DNA from: a virus
DNA: 64,000 nucleotides
IMG/VR virus record: IMGVR_UViG_3300042467_002537
Strand: one strand, 5' to 3'
This document shows, piece after piece, positions 22,418 through 31,740 of the stretch. The notes beneath the pieces are model-generated. The model saw only the letters and a program-made list of their open reading frames with translations, had not been told where the DNA came from and ran no database searches. The first letter of the stretch is position 1, and every line of letters starts with the position of its first letter. Position numbers and translations under genes: made by a program.

Positions 22418-24520
22418 GTGTTAGAAGAAATAGAAAACGGCAATCCTGACTTATTCCCAATCGAAACCAAGTCGACTAGTACTTTTGCGTTTAGGATTAC
22501 TGATGATTTTGTCCAGTCATATAGGAGCAAAACTGCGCCATTTGGTTATGTTGACGCAGCTGGAAACTCCGTTGGAGAGATAACATTTCTCCGCACGTAT
22601 TCAAGACTAAAAGAAGATGGCACAAAAGAGACATGGGTTGATGTATGCGAAAGAGTTATTAACGGCATGTACTCTTTGCAAAAAGATCACTGCAAGAAGA
22701 GCCGCCTTCCATGGAATGACGCAAAGGCTCAGGCTTCAGCAAAGGAAGCTTTTGATCGCTTGTTCAACTTTAAGTGGACACCACCAGGTCGTGGACTTTG
22801 GATGATGGGAACACAGATTGTTAACGTTCATAAGAACTCAGCTGCACTGCAGAACTGTGCCTTTGTTAGCACAGCAGAAATGACAAAGGCTAATCCAGCT
22901 AAGCCGTTCATGTTCTTGATGGAAGCGTCCATGTTGGGAGTAGGCGTAGGATTTGACGACAAAGGTGCAGATAAAGACTTTACAATATATGAGCCAACAA
23001 AAGCTTCTGTTGTAGATGCTATTGCTGATGATCGTGAGAGCTGGGCAAGAGCTACTGGCGATTTAATTAACTCTTTCTTAAAGCCGGATCAAAATCCTAT
23101 CCAATTTGACTATACACTTATTCGTCCATTGGGTAGTCCAATTAAAACATTTGGAGGAACAGCATCTGGTCCAGCTCCTTTAATGAAATTACACGAGGCA
23201 ATTAGAAAGCTATTCTTAGGTCGTGCAGGTGAGAAGTTAACACGAAAAGACATAGCTGATATAGGAAACTTAATTGGTGTCTGTGTAGTCTCAGGAAACG
23301 TAAGACGATCAGCAGAGCTTTTGATTGGTAGAATTGACGATCAAGATTTTCTAAACTTAAAGAACGCTGAAGTATTTCCAGAAAGAAATTCATATGACTC
23401 AGAAAACCCAGGCTGGGGTTGGATGTCCAATAACTCAGTAGAGGTTTCTGTTGGTCAAGACCTTTCTCCTATCGTTGATGGCATCGCTAGAAATGGTGAG
23501 CCAGGGGTTATTTGGATGGACATGGCTCGCAAGTATGGGCGTCTTGCTGACGCAGTTAATAACAAAGATCATAGGGTAGCAGGTTTCAACCCATGTGCTG
23601 AGCAGTCCCTTGAGTCCTACGAGTGCTGCACATTAGTGGAGACATACTTAGGCCGACATGACTCCCTGGAAGATTATAAGAGAACTTTAAAGTTTGCCTA
23701 TCTCTATGCTAAGACCGTAACACTCCTTCCAACCCATTGGGAAGAGACTAATGCAATCATGCAACGTAACCGACGCATAGGTACTTCAATGTCTGGAGTA
23801 GCAGACTTTGCAGACATAAACGGGATGCCTGTACTTCGTGACTGGATGGACCAAGGATACAAGACAATTCAGAGATATGATAATATTTATTCTGAGTGGC
23901 TTGGTGTGCGCGAATCAATTAAGATGACAACAGTGAAGCCATCAGGTACTGTATCGATCCTTGCTGGACAGTCTCCAGGAGTCCACTGGACCCCAGGTGG
24001 AAAGTTCTTTAATCGTGCAATTAGATTCTCAAACGAAGACCCAATGTTGCCATTATTTAAAATGGCTAACTATAGAGTTGAACCAGCGTCAGAATCTCCT
24101 GATACAACGTCAGTTGTATTTTTTCCGATTGAATCTGGGGCAAAGAGAGCAGAGCGTGATGTAACAATCTTTGAAAAGATGTCACTCGCTGCCGTTGCCC
24201 AAAGATACTGGTCAGATAACTCAGTCTCTGTCACTGTTTCTTTTAATCCAGAAACGGAATCTCAACACGTTGGAACTGTTTTGCACATGTACGATGGTCA
24301 GTTAAAGACAGTATCATTTCTACCTTCAGGGAACATGACCTATCCGCAAATGCCGTACACGCAAATAACAGAAGAAGAATACAAGCAGGGGTCAATGGAC
24401 TTGTTCCCAATTGATTTCTCTGGAGTCTATGCTGGACTTGCAGCAGATGCAATTGGAGAAAACTATTGCACTACAGACTCATGCGAAATAAAGTTCATTA
24501 AGGAAAACGTTAAAGGTTAA
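22418..24520 (+). CDS. nrdJ: Adenosylcobalamin-dependent (class II) ribonucleoside-triphosphate reductase
   Basis: FLRTYSR, GRGLWMMGT, NCAFVST, GVGVGFDD, FNPCAEQSLESYECCTLVETYLG, PSGTVSILAGQSPGVHW, C-terminal CTTDSCEIKF. Confidence 0.93.
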   Translation: MLEEIENGNPDLFPIETKSTSTFAFRITDDFVQSYRSKTAPFGYVDAAGNSVGEITFLRTYSRLKEDGTKETWVDVCERVINGMYSLQKDHCKKSRLPWNDAKAQASAKEAFDRLFNFKWTPPGRGLWMMGTQIVNVHKNSAALQNCAFVSTAEMTKANPAKPFMFLMEASMLGVGVGFDDKGADKDFTIYEPTKASVVDAIADDRESWARATGDLINSFLKPDQNPIQFDYTLIRPLGSPIKTFGGTASGPAPLMKLHEAIRKLFLGRAGEKLTRKDIADIGNLIGVCVVSGNVRRSAELLIGRIDDQDFLNLKNAEVFPERNSYDSENPGWGWMSNNSVEVSVGQDLSPIVDGIARNGEPGVIWMDMARKYGRLADAVNNKDHRVAGFNPCAEQSLESYECCTLVETYLGRHDSLEDYKRTLKFAYLYAKTVTLLPTHWEETNAIMQRNRRIGTSMSGVADFADINGMPVLRDWMDQGYKTIQRYDNIYSEWLGVRESIKMTTVKPSGTVSILAGQSPGVHWTPGGKFFNRAIRFSNEDPMLPLFKMANYRVEPASESPDTTSVVFFPIESGAKRAERDVTIFEKMSLAAVAQRYWSDNSVSVTVSFNPETESQHVGTVLHMYDGQLKTVSFLPSGNMTYPQMPYTQITEEEYKQGSMDLFPIDFSGVYAGLAADAIGENYCTTDSCEIKFIKENVKG

Positions 24521-24549
24521 TTAATCCATCAACTTAAGAATGGGGTATT

Positions 24550-24897
24550 ATGTCTGAAAAAGATGATTTAAATAATAAATTTTCAGAAATAACAGAAGAA
24601 ATCGCCATAGATAATGTAGATAAAATAATACAAGAAGAGAAGATTAATCAAATACAAAAGTATTTAAATATAATTGAATCTTTAAACTACTCTAATATTG
24701 ATATTAATATGGTGTTGAATGATTTACTTAATGACCCTTTGTTTTCTTTAGATAAATCTGTGTATGATATGATTGAAGATCTTTATTTTAGTTCAGAAAA
24801 ACTTAGAGAAGCTATAGCTATCTTTTATGTGGATTCTATGGTAGAGTATTATGACGATAGCGAAGATGGAGAAGAAGATGAAGATAGAAGAATCTGA
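24550..24897 (+). CDS. Hypothetical acidic protein
   Basis: 115 aa ORF. Confidence 0.4.
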   Translation: MSEKDDLNNKFSEITEEIAIDNVDKIIQEEKINQIQKYLNIIESLNYSNIDINMVLNDLLNDPLFSLDKSVYDMIEDLYFSSEKLREAIAIFYVDSMVEYYDDSEDGEEDEDRRI

Positions 24898-25648
24898 TGA
24901 AAACTTTTCAGAGATCTCACCGGTAGTTACTTCTGGAATAGATAAAGAAAGCGATCATTTAATCCCTGTATTGAATAATGGGTACGTAAAATTAGTTGAT
25001 CATATGGGGACTGACGTTTCTGTAGTTAATGCAGCTAGAGCCTCTTTTGCTAAAGAGAATACAACCAAAGAACTGACAGTCGCAGATGCTAGATTGATTA
25101 ATTTTTTAGCTAGAGAAAATCACATGTCACCGTTTAGGCACGCTTTTATCACGTTCGAATTTAAGGCTCCGCTTATGGTTGCTAGACAACACTGGAAATA
25201 CGTAGTCGGGTCTGACCATACAATGGATTCCTGGAATGAGTCGTCTAGAAGATACATAACTATGGACCCTGATTTCTATGTCCCAGGAGTAGAAGATTGG
25301 CGCATGGCCCCAGAGGACAAGAAGCAGGGCTCTGGAGGCTCTGTAGGCCCCTGGATCGGCTCTGTATTGACCAACGAGCTCAACCGATATATAGAGCAGG
25401 GTGAAGCACTTTATAATATGGCTATGGAAAATGGGGTGGCCCCTGAGCAGGCCCGATTGTTCTTGCCGGCCTATGCTATGAACGTAGTTTACAGATGGTC
25501 AGCCAGCTTACAGTCAGTAGCTTTGTTCTTGAATCAAAGACTGGCAGAAGAATCGCAAAAAGAAATACAGCAGTACGCTGATGCAGTCTATAAATTAGTG
25601 CAACCGCTGTATCCTGTTTCCATATCGTGCTTAGTGGGTAGAAACTAA
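24851..25648 (+). CDS. thyX: Flavin-dependent thymidylate synthase, ThyX-like
   Basis: VSVVNAARASFAKE, HMSPFRHAFITFEFKAPLMVARQHWKY...WNESSRRYITMDPDFYVP. Start is probably the ATG at about 24881 after GGAGAAG. Confidence 0.88.
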   Translation: MTIAKMEKKMKIEESDENFSEISPVVTSGIDKESDHLIPVLNNGYVKLVDHMGTDVSVVNAARASFAKENTTKELTVADARLINFLARENHMSPFRHAFITFEFKAPLMVARQHWKYVVGSDHTMDSWNESSRRYITMDPDFYVPGVEDWRMAPEDKKQGSGGSVGPWIGSVLTNELNRYIEQGEALYNMAMENGVAPEQARLFLPAYAMNVVYRWSASLQSVALFLNQRLAEESQKEIQQYADAVYKLVQPLYPVSISCLVGRN

Positions 25649-25815
25649 TGTTTATCGATATTTTATTGCTGGTAACATTCTCAGTCTGTATTAACTGGTT
25701 AGTTTCGCTAAACAACGTCTTGCAACTAGAGAAGAATAAAAGAACAAGATACCAAATGATCTCATTATCTTTGGCTATAGGCGCAATTTCTGGTTTGGCA
25801 CTTGCTATAATATAG
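25648..25815 (+). CDS. Small hydrophobic membrane protein (missed by the ORF track)
   Basis: TAATG overlap with thyX; MFIDILLLVTFSVCINWLVSLNNVLQLEKNKRTRYQMISLSLAIGAISGLALAII*, two TM-like segments. Confidence 0.55.
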   Translation: MFIDILLLVTFSVCINWLVSLNNVLQLEKNKRTRYQMISLSLAIGAISGLALAII

Positions 25816-25853
25816 CTATGTTAGTAGCAGCAAAAAAGATAGAGATACAATAA

Positions 25854-26066
25854 ATGGCAGCGTCAAAATTAAACTATATAGTTTTGTATGAAGGCGTTAG
25901 CCAGGTGTATGGATGTTCTTCTAAGAAGATAGCAATGGAAACACCTGCACCACAGGGCATAGACCCAAAGAGTAAAAAAGTATTATTCGTTACATTTGAA
26001 CCAGACACAAATGACCTTTGTGTTTATCAGATAGAAGAAGAAGATGACAAAGAAACAAGTATCTAA
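25854..26066 (+). CDS. Hypothetical protein
   Basis: 70 aa ORF. Confidence 0.45.
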   Translation: MAASKLNYIVLYEGVSQVYGCSSKKIAMETPAPQGIDPKSKKVLFVTFEPDTNDLCVYQIEEEDDKETSI

Positions 26067-26286
26067 GAAAAAAATTAATATCAAACTCAAACCTTACGAA
26101 GCGTTTGTTATAATGCAAACTAGTGAGCTTTTGTCTATAGCTGAGGTGTTAGAATCTGCTTTGAGAAAAGAAGAAGACAAGCAATTGAAAGCCAAAATTA
26201 ACGATCTTGCATTACGTGTAAGATCAGCTATAAACGAAAACCAATTTGTACCGCAAGAAGAAGTGGGCTATGATGAATGGGAGTAA
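26044..26286 (+). CDS. Hypothetical protein
   Basis: 80 aa ORF overlapping both neighbours. Confidence 0.4.
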   Translation: MTKKQVSKKKINIKLKPYEAFVIMQTSELLSIAEVLESALRKEEDKQLKAKINDLALRVRSAINENQFVPQEEVGYDEWE

Positions 26287-26527
26287 GAAGATGCTTGGTC
26301 TTGCAGTAGCCGGAGTAACTTTTGTGATGTTGCAATTATATTACAACAAGAACCAGAAACCTAATCGTGGTAGCTTCATCGAGCCTACAGAAAAACAGTT
26401 GAGAAATAGACTAGAAGAATTTTTTACTGACGATTCATTAGTAAAAGCTCAAGATAAATATGACACTATGATTAAAATGGGCTTGAATGGAAAAGATGCC
26501 TACAGAATATTAGGCTGTTCAGTATGA
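26246..26527 (+). CDS. Hypothetical protein, N-terminal TM-like segment
   Basis: MLGLAVAGVTFVMLQLYYN after an internal ATG. Confidence 0.45.
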   Translation: MYRKKKWAMMNGSKKMLGLAVAGVTFVMLQLYYNKNQKPNRGSFIEPTEKQLRNRLEEFFTDDSLVKAQDKYDTMIKMGLNGKDAYRILGCSV

Positions 26528-27327
26528 TAGACTTGTGCGTAGTAAACCATAACACTGCTGGTCTAATGAAGCGATTTTTGGATACCCTTCATTCTGACCT
26601 AGGCGATAAAAATAGGAACTGGAAGCTACATATAACAGACAATGATTCTACTGACGAATTTATAGAGTTCATTAGACAAACTGGTCATAACTATCATATA
26701 GAAAATTTGTTTTTGAGAAAGAACATAGGGTACGCTGCTGCTTGTAACTATATGGGCAGCAAAACTAATTCAGATATAATAGGCTTGCTGAATTCTGATG
26801 TATGGATGACTAACGATGATGTAGATAAGATACAAGCAATCTTCGATAGCAACCCCGACATACACATATTGGGCCCTAAGCAAAGAGACGAACACGGTCG
26901 AGTAACGCATGCCGGCATGACGGGCACTGGCGCACAACCAATCATGAGAGGTTGGATGTTGAGTGATCCCGAAGATACAATGTTTAGAGACAGAGTAAAC
27001 TGTATCACAATATCTGGATCAGCTTACTTTATAAGAAGAGAAGTATGGGACGCTATGTTAAACCATCCTAAGTATAAAGAGATCCATCCTGAGGCTCTAG
27101 GCGCGTTCCTGCCTACTCCACATTACTACGAAGAAACATGGTGTTCTTATTTTGCCCGCCACTTAGGCTATAACGTAGTCTATGACGGTAGCGTATCAAT
27201 TGGACATAGCTGGCACGCTTCGTCGGCAAAGCCCGGAGAAGGGATCAGCCACGTAGATCATTACTTCCCTATATCAAGAGAAATTTTTAGAAAAGCTTGC
27301 GATCATATGGGGATCGAACGAGACTAG
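26524..27327 (+). CDS. Family 2-like glycosyltransferase
   Basis: VVNHNTAGLMKRFLDTL...ITDNDSTDEF...NIGYAAACNY...LLNSDVW. Confidence 0.85.
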   Translation: MIDLCVVNHNTAGLMKRFLDTLHSDLGDKNRNWKLHITDNDSTDEFIEFIRQTGHNYHIENLFLRKNIGYAAACNYMGSKTNSDIIGLLNSDVWMTNDDVDKIQAIFDSNPDIHILGPKQRDEHGRVTHAGMTGTGAQPIMRGWMLSDPEDTMFRDRVNCITISGSAYFIRREVWDAMLNHPKYKEIHPEALGAFLPTPHYYEETWCSYFARHLGYNVVYDGSVSIGHSWHASSAKPGEGISHVDHYFPISREIFRKACDHMGIERD

Positions 27328-27334
27328 CTAACTC

Positions 27335-28240
27335 ATGAATGACCATATATTTAATGACCATATATTTATAGCGATTCCAGCTTTTAACGAAAAGTTTACG
27401 CACATAACTGTAGAAGATGCTTTTGCAAAGGCGGATAACCCACACAATGTATATATTGGAATCTTTAACCAGAAAACAAACAACCTTGAATTTGAAGATT
27501 TTTCTGGTTACAAAAATGTGAGATGCGTTAATGTAACATATAAAAATCCACTAGGTCTTGGGCTGGCTAGGGTAGCTGCAGCAAGTCTTTTAGAAGATGA
27601 AGAATATTTTTTGCAGCTAGATGCACACACAATTTTTGCAAAAGGCTGGGACACACGATTGCTAGGCGACCTAAAGGAGTTATTGCAGTATTGCGATAAA
27701 CCTTTGATATCGCAATCGTTAGCTTGGCATCGTGAAAAAGATTATTTCGATAATGATCAAGCTTACATAAAAAACTTTTATGGAATTAAAGCTTACCCTC
27801 TTTATAGGGAAGGAGATGTTAAGACTCATCCAGACCATTCTAGAGAGTCGGAAGAAAAGATTCTTGGAAAATTTCTTGAGCACTACCTTTGTTATGGTGG
27901 TTTCTTATTCGGCGAATCAAAATTTTTATATGATATTTCTTATAATCCATTTATATTAATGGATCCAGAGCAAGAAATAACAGCTCTTAGAGCATCCACT
28001 AGAGGTTATAGGTTTTTTAGTTCAGACATAACACCTATATCCACATTGGGTAAAGGCGAACATGGCGGTTTCACAGAAGAAAAATATAAAGATGATATTA
28101 AATATGAATTTTTAAGGTATGATTTTGATCAGACCAGAAAAGGCTGGCATGGCAAAAGATTTTATCAAGGTCTAAATTTTGGTTTTTGGGGAGCTGAAAC
28201 AAAAGAACTATATGATGAATATTTTAAAAAAATACTATAA
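27335..28240 (+). CDS. GlcNAc-transferase-like glycosyltransferase
   Basis: IFIAIPAFNE, GIFNQ, GLGLARVAAASLLEDEEYFLQLDAHTIFAKGWD. Confidence 0.75.
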   Translation: MNDHIFNDHIFIAIPAFNEKFTHITVEDAFAKADNPHNVYIGIFNQKTNNLEFEDFSGYKNVRCVNVTYKNPLGLGLARVAAASLLEDEEYFLQLDAHTIFAKGWDTRLLGDLKELLQYCDKPLISQSLAWHREKDYFDNDQAYIKNFYGIKAYPLYREGDVKTHPDHSRESEEKILGKFLEHYLCYGGFLFGESKFLYDISYNPFILMDPEQEITALRASTRGYRFFSSDITPISTLGKGEHGGFTEEKYKDDIKYEFLRYDFDQTRKGWHGKRFYQGLNFGFWGAETKELYDEYFKKIL

Positions 28241-28271
28241 TATTTTTACACAACAATAGAAAGAAGATAAA

Positions 28272-28673
28272 ATGTCAGATCAATTTAATGTTTATTTATA
28301 CAACGCAGAAGTAATTAAAGTAGTAGATGGAGATACGTTCAAGATAAATATTGATCTTGGATTCGAAGTACACCTTGGGCCAAAGAGCGTAAGACTTTAT
28401 GGCGTTAACACCCCCGAAAGTCGTACTACAAACCTTGAAGAAAAGAAGATGGGACTCGCTGCAAAAGAATTTACTGATCAATGGATTAAAAAAGCTGGTA
28501 GTAAGGTGAAGATAGAAACAATTCTAGATAAGAATGAAAAGTATGGTAGAATACTTGCTAGAGTATGGAACGAAGCTGGCGAATGTCTTAACACAGAAAT
28601 TGTTAAGGCTGGACTAGCTAGAGAATACTTTGGCGTAGGCGACAAAACTTTTAATGAATTTAAGAAGGCATAA
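28272..28673 (+). CDS. Thermonuclease (staphylococcal nuclease homologue)
   Basis: VVDGDTFKINIDLG, VRLYGVNTPES, ILDKNEKYGRILARVW. Confidence 0.88.
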   Translation: MSDQFNVYLYNAEVIKVVDGDTFKINIDLGFEVHLGPKSVRLYGVNTPESRTTNLEEKKMGLAAKEFTDQWIKKAGSKVKIETILDKNEKYGRILARVWNEAGECLNTEIVKAGLAREYFGVGDKTFNEFKKA

Positions 28674-29077
28674 TGCAAACATTTTTACCATACGCAGATC
28701 TACAAGAATCAGTTCGGGTATTAGATTATCGTAGACTTGGCAAGCAGCGCGTAGAAACTTTTCAAGTTTTAAACATATTACTTGATCGTACACCAACAAA
28801 AGGTTGGAGAAATCACCCAGTAACACGTATGTGGTCAGGCTACGAATCTGCTCTACAGGTTTACCAGAATTATACTATCCAAGAATGGATCAATAGAGGG
28901 TATAAAAACAACATGCAGTTTGAGGAAATATTAATTCCGTCTCCACAAATGCCGAGCTGGTTTGGCGATGAAGAATTCCACAGATCACATAGGTCTAACT
29001 TATTAAGAAAAGACTATGAATATTATAGCCAATTTTTTGATGAGCCCACAGACCTAGAATATAGTTGGCCAGTATGA
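28673..29077 (+). CDS. Pyrimidine-dimer DNA glycosylase-like protein
   Basis: MQTFLPYADLQESVRVLDYRRLGKQRVE, HPVTRMWSGYESAL. Contains the single in-frame CGG read as a triplet (CGGG). Confidence 0.7.
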   Translation: MQTFLPYADLQESVRVLDYRRLGKQRVETFQVLNILLDRTPTKGWRNHPVTRMWSGYESALQVYQNYTIQEWINRGYKNNMQFEEILIPSPQMPSWFGDEEFHRSHRSNLLRKDYEYYSQFFDEPTDLEYSWPV

Positions 29078-29481
29078 GTGTTACAGTTTATTTAGCTGGT
29101 GCAATGGATTACGTAGGCGACTATGCTCTTGGCTGGAGAAAAGAAGCTACCGAGCTTCTTAAGCAGAGAGACTATAAGGTTCTTGACCCTACTTCTATAT
29201 CAGAAGACGATACTATGTCAGCTGAAGAAATAGTGCAAAAAAATCTGTTTATGCAGAAACGATCAGACATTTTGCTGGTAGAATACATGCTAGAAGATAG
29301 AGCCTACATAGGCACTGACTTCGAAATGGCATACGCAAAACTAAACGATCAACCCGTAATAGTCATATGCTCAAAGCAAAATAGTGATCGACCCTATATG
29401 AAATATATGTCGACAAAACTTGCTGACAGCGTTGCCGATGCTGTAGAATACATATCAACACATTATCCAACAAACCAATAA
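29074..29481 (+). CDS. Nucleoside 2-deoxyribosyltransferase-like protein
   Basis: VYLAGAMD...FMQKRSDILLVEY...GTDFEMAYAKLNDQPVIVI. Confidence 0.65.
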   Translation: MSVTVYLAGAMDYVGDYALGWRKEATELLKQRDYKVLDPTSISEDDTMSAEEIVQKNLFMQKRSDILLVEYMLEDRAYIGTDFEMAYAKLNDQPVIVICSKQNSDRPYMKYMSTKLADSVADAVEYISTHYPTNQ

Positions 29482-29491
29482 AGGAAAAAAA

Positions 29492-29674
29492 ATGTCAGAG
29501 AATAAGTTCAAATACTTTACAGTAGAAACTGTAACTGTAGTAAAAGCTAATAGCAAAACAGATGCAGAAAAGCTTGCAATGGGCCGTCGTGGTGTAGCAG
29601 GAGAAGTAATTCTCAAGACCACAGACGTTGAAAGAATCAGTGCAATCCAAGCTCGTAAGCACATCGTTATTTAA
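29492..29674 (+). CDS. Hypothetical small protein
   Basis: 60 aa ORF preceded by AAGGAAAAAAA. Confidence 0.45.
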   Translation: MSENKFKYFTVETVTVVKANSKTDAEKLAMGRRGVAGEVILKTTDVERISAIQARKHIVI

Positions 29675-29692
29675 TTATCATTATTAGCAATC

Positions 29693-29723
29693 ACCAAGCG
29701 TGGGGTTCGTCCCCACGCTTGGT
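29693..29723 (+). terminator. Strong hairpin, likely terminator
   Basis: ACCAAGCGTGGGG-TTCGT-CCCCACGCTTGGT, 13 bp perfect stem, then TTATCTTT. Confidence 0.75.
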
Positions 29724-29741
29724 TTATCTTTAAGGAAAAAG

Positions 29742-30452
29742 ATGATTTACGGATTAGTCGTAGCCAGAAACGAAGAAGATAGGTATTTAGAAAAATTCCT
29801 ACAAAGATTATCTACACAGGTAGATAAGATAATATTTACAGATGATTGCTCAACTGACAATACTGTAGAAATAGCCAAGAAGTATGCAGAGGTATACTCT
29901 ACTTCTGAGAATATGTTCATAAAGCACGAGGGCGCTCTTAGAGCAGAAGCTTGGGCTAATCTTGGTAAGCACGCAAAGCCAGGTGACTGGGTTGTGGCAA
30001 TAGATGCAGACGAGATGCTGTATACAATGGATAATGAGTCCATAAAAGACACACTAGATAAGTCTCCATTCGATGTAGTCAATGTTAGAAGATGCGAAAT
30101 GTGGGATGAAAATTGTTACAGAGTAGACAAGATGTGGGCCCCACATAACACTACTAGAATTTTTAGGTATGCAACTAATGGAGTCTATAAAGATAAAAGA
30201 TTAGCTTGCGGATCTGAACCAACCTACGTAGATGAATGGGTAAGACGTGGTAATTTTTGGTACGAGAACCCATTCGTAATGCAGCACTTAGGTTATGCAA
30301 GACTAGAAGATAGAGTATCAAAGCACGAGCGTTACATGACCCTTGATAAGGGTGAGTTTCATAACATAATACACTTACAATCAATATTGGATAATAACCC
30401 AACTTTAATTAATTGGGGTATTTTTGGAAACAAAGAGGTAAACCTAAAATGA
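29742..30452 (+). CDS. Family 2-like glycosyltransferase
   Basis: MIYGLVVARNEEDRYLEKFLQRLSTQVDKIIFTDDCSTDNTVEIAKKY...VVAIDADEM. Confidence 0.85.
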   Translation: MIYGLVVARNEEDRYLEKFLQRLSTQVDKIIFTDDCSTDNTVEIAKKYAEVYSTSENMFIKHEGALRAEAWANLGKHAKPGDWVVAIDADEMLYTMDNESIKDTLDKSPFDVVNVRRCEMWDENCYRVDKMWAPHNTTRIFRYATNGVYKDKRLACGSEPTYVDEWVRRGNFWYENPFVMQHLGYARLEDRVSKHERYMTLDKGEFHNIIHLQSILDNNPTLINWGIFGNKEVNLK

Positions 30453-31072
30453 CAATCATAAATAGCAAAGAAACAATAAAAGAATTGACTTATAAAATGT
30501 CAAGAAAAGAGCGCTTTGCTTTTGTTAACTTTTCTAGATCAGCACTGCTTGCTGCAACCGGAAAGATACCATCAGAAAAAAGACCTCCTAAGCCTTTTGT
30601 AAAGTCGATAGTCAATGCTTTAGAAGTAAAGAACAGCAACTATATGAAAGCTATCCCTACTCATATGATTGGCCAAGGGTCTGGTTTTTCCGTGAGCGAG
30701 ATCAAGAGTCTTGATAACGAAAAGATATATGATGCAGGGATGTTAGAATATTATTATGTTTCTAAAAAAGATATTTTTGATTCATTTGTTGAGCATTACA
30801 TTAAATATAGTTCAACACTAGTAGTTTCTTTTCATGAGAAAAAGACTATACAAAAAGTCATAGGATCACCTAAGCATTACTTGCAGGTTCCATACAATGA
30901 CTTTTATGATAAGCTAGACTCAATTTATGAATCTATAATAGCTCATGAAAATATAGACTACTGCATTCTCGACTGCCCAGTTCTAGCGTCCGCGTTAGCT
31001 CCTAAAATTTGGGAAAATTCAAACATGTCTATATTAGACTTTGGAAAAGTATTTACCATAGCTAGCAAGTAG
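30449..31072 (+). CDS. Hypothetical protein
   Basis: ATGA overlap with the previous gene. Confidence 0.5.
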   Translation: MTIINSKETIKELTYKMSRKERFAFVNFSRSALLAATGKIPSEKRPPKPFVKSIVNALEVKNSNYMKAIPTHMIGQGSGFSVSEIKSLDNEKIYDAGMLEYYYVSKKDIFDSFVEHYIKYSSTLVVSFHEKKTIQKVIGSPKHYLQVPYNDFYDKLDSIYESIIAHENIDYCILDCPVLASALAPKIWENSNMSILDFGKVFTIASK

Positions 31073-31077
31073 TCCTT

Positions 31078-31740
31078 ATGCGAAGAGGTTCAAGTCCGCA
31101 TAAAGACAACGATGATACCGAATACATGGTAGACTTGCTTATGGAAACGTCTATGTCCTTGACTGAAATAGCCAAGGAATTAGGTTGGACAATCAACGCT
31201 TTAAATAAGAAGATCAATCAGTTAGGGCTTAACTGGGTAAAAACTAGACACAAAAAAATGTCTAGAGGTCAGGCAGCCTTGACTGATATAATGCAAAAGC
31301 TATTGCCTAATGAATCCATAGTGAGCGAACACCATATTGGCGATAGGTTGAAGCTTGATATATACTGCCCTAAGTATAAGATAGCTGCAGAGTATCATGG
31401 CCGTCAGCACTTTTATTATACTGGAAGATTCTTTAATTCAAAAGAAGATTTTGAAGAAGCTGTTCAGAGAGACGAAAAAAAAGCAAGACTTTGTCAAGAA
31501 CAGGGTATAGCTCTTTTAGTTTTTAGGTATAATGACAAGCTCACAGAAGAAGCGGTATTCTCTAGAATACTTGAAGCGATAAAAAACTATGTTCCGTCAG
31601 AAGAAAAGGTTAATAAATATAGCAAGAATAAGATATCTGAAAGTAGCTTCTATCAAGACGCAAAAAAAAGATATAATACTATCCAAAGAAAAAGATATAA
31701 AGAGCTAAAGGAAAAAAATGGCAACAGAAGAAAACAATAA
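31078..31740 (+). CDS. PD-(D/E)XK-like nuclease with N-terminal helix-turn-helix
   Basis: SLTEIAKELGWTINALNKKINQLG; LKLDIYCPKYKIAAEYHGRQHF; VQRDEKKARLCQEQGIALLVF. Confidence 0.6.
   Translation: MRRGSSPHKDNDDTEYMVDLLMETSMSLTEIAKELGWTINALNKKINQLGLNWVKTRHKKMSRGQAALTDIMQKLLPNESIVSEHHIGDRLKLDIYCPKYKIAAEYHGRQHFYYTGRFFNSKEDFEEAVQRDEKKARLCQEQGIALLVFRYNDKLTEEAVFSRILEAIKNYVPSEEKVNKYSKNKISESSFYQDAKKRYNTIQRKRYKELKEKNGNRRKQ

Noticed and set aside
24851-24897. Overlap between 24550 ORF and thyX as another +1 recoding site
   Set aside because: No in-frame CGG, and GGAGAAG precedes a plausible thyX ATG; ordinary overlap.
28715-28717. CGG in the glycosylase-like gene as a frameshift site
   Set aside because: A +1 shift would give an immediate TAG and lose the family motif; it is read as Arg.
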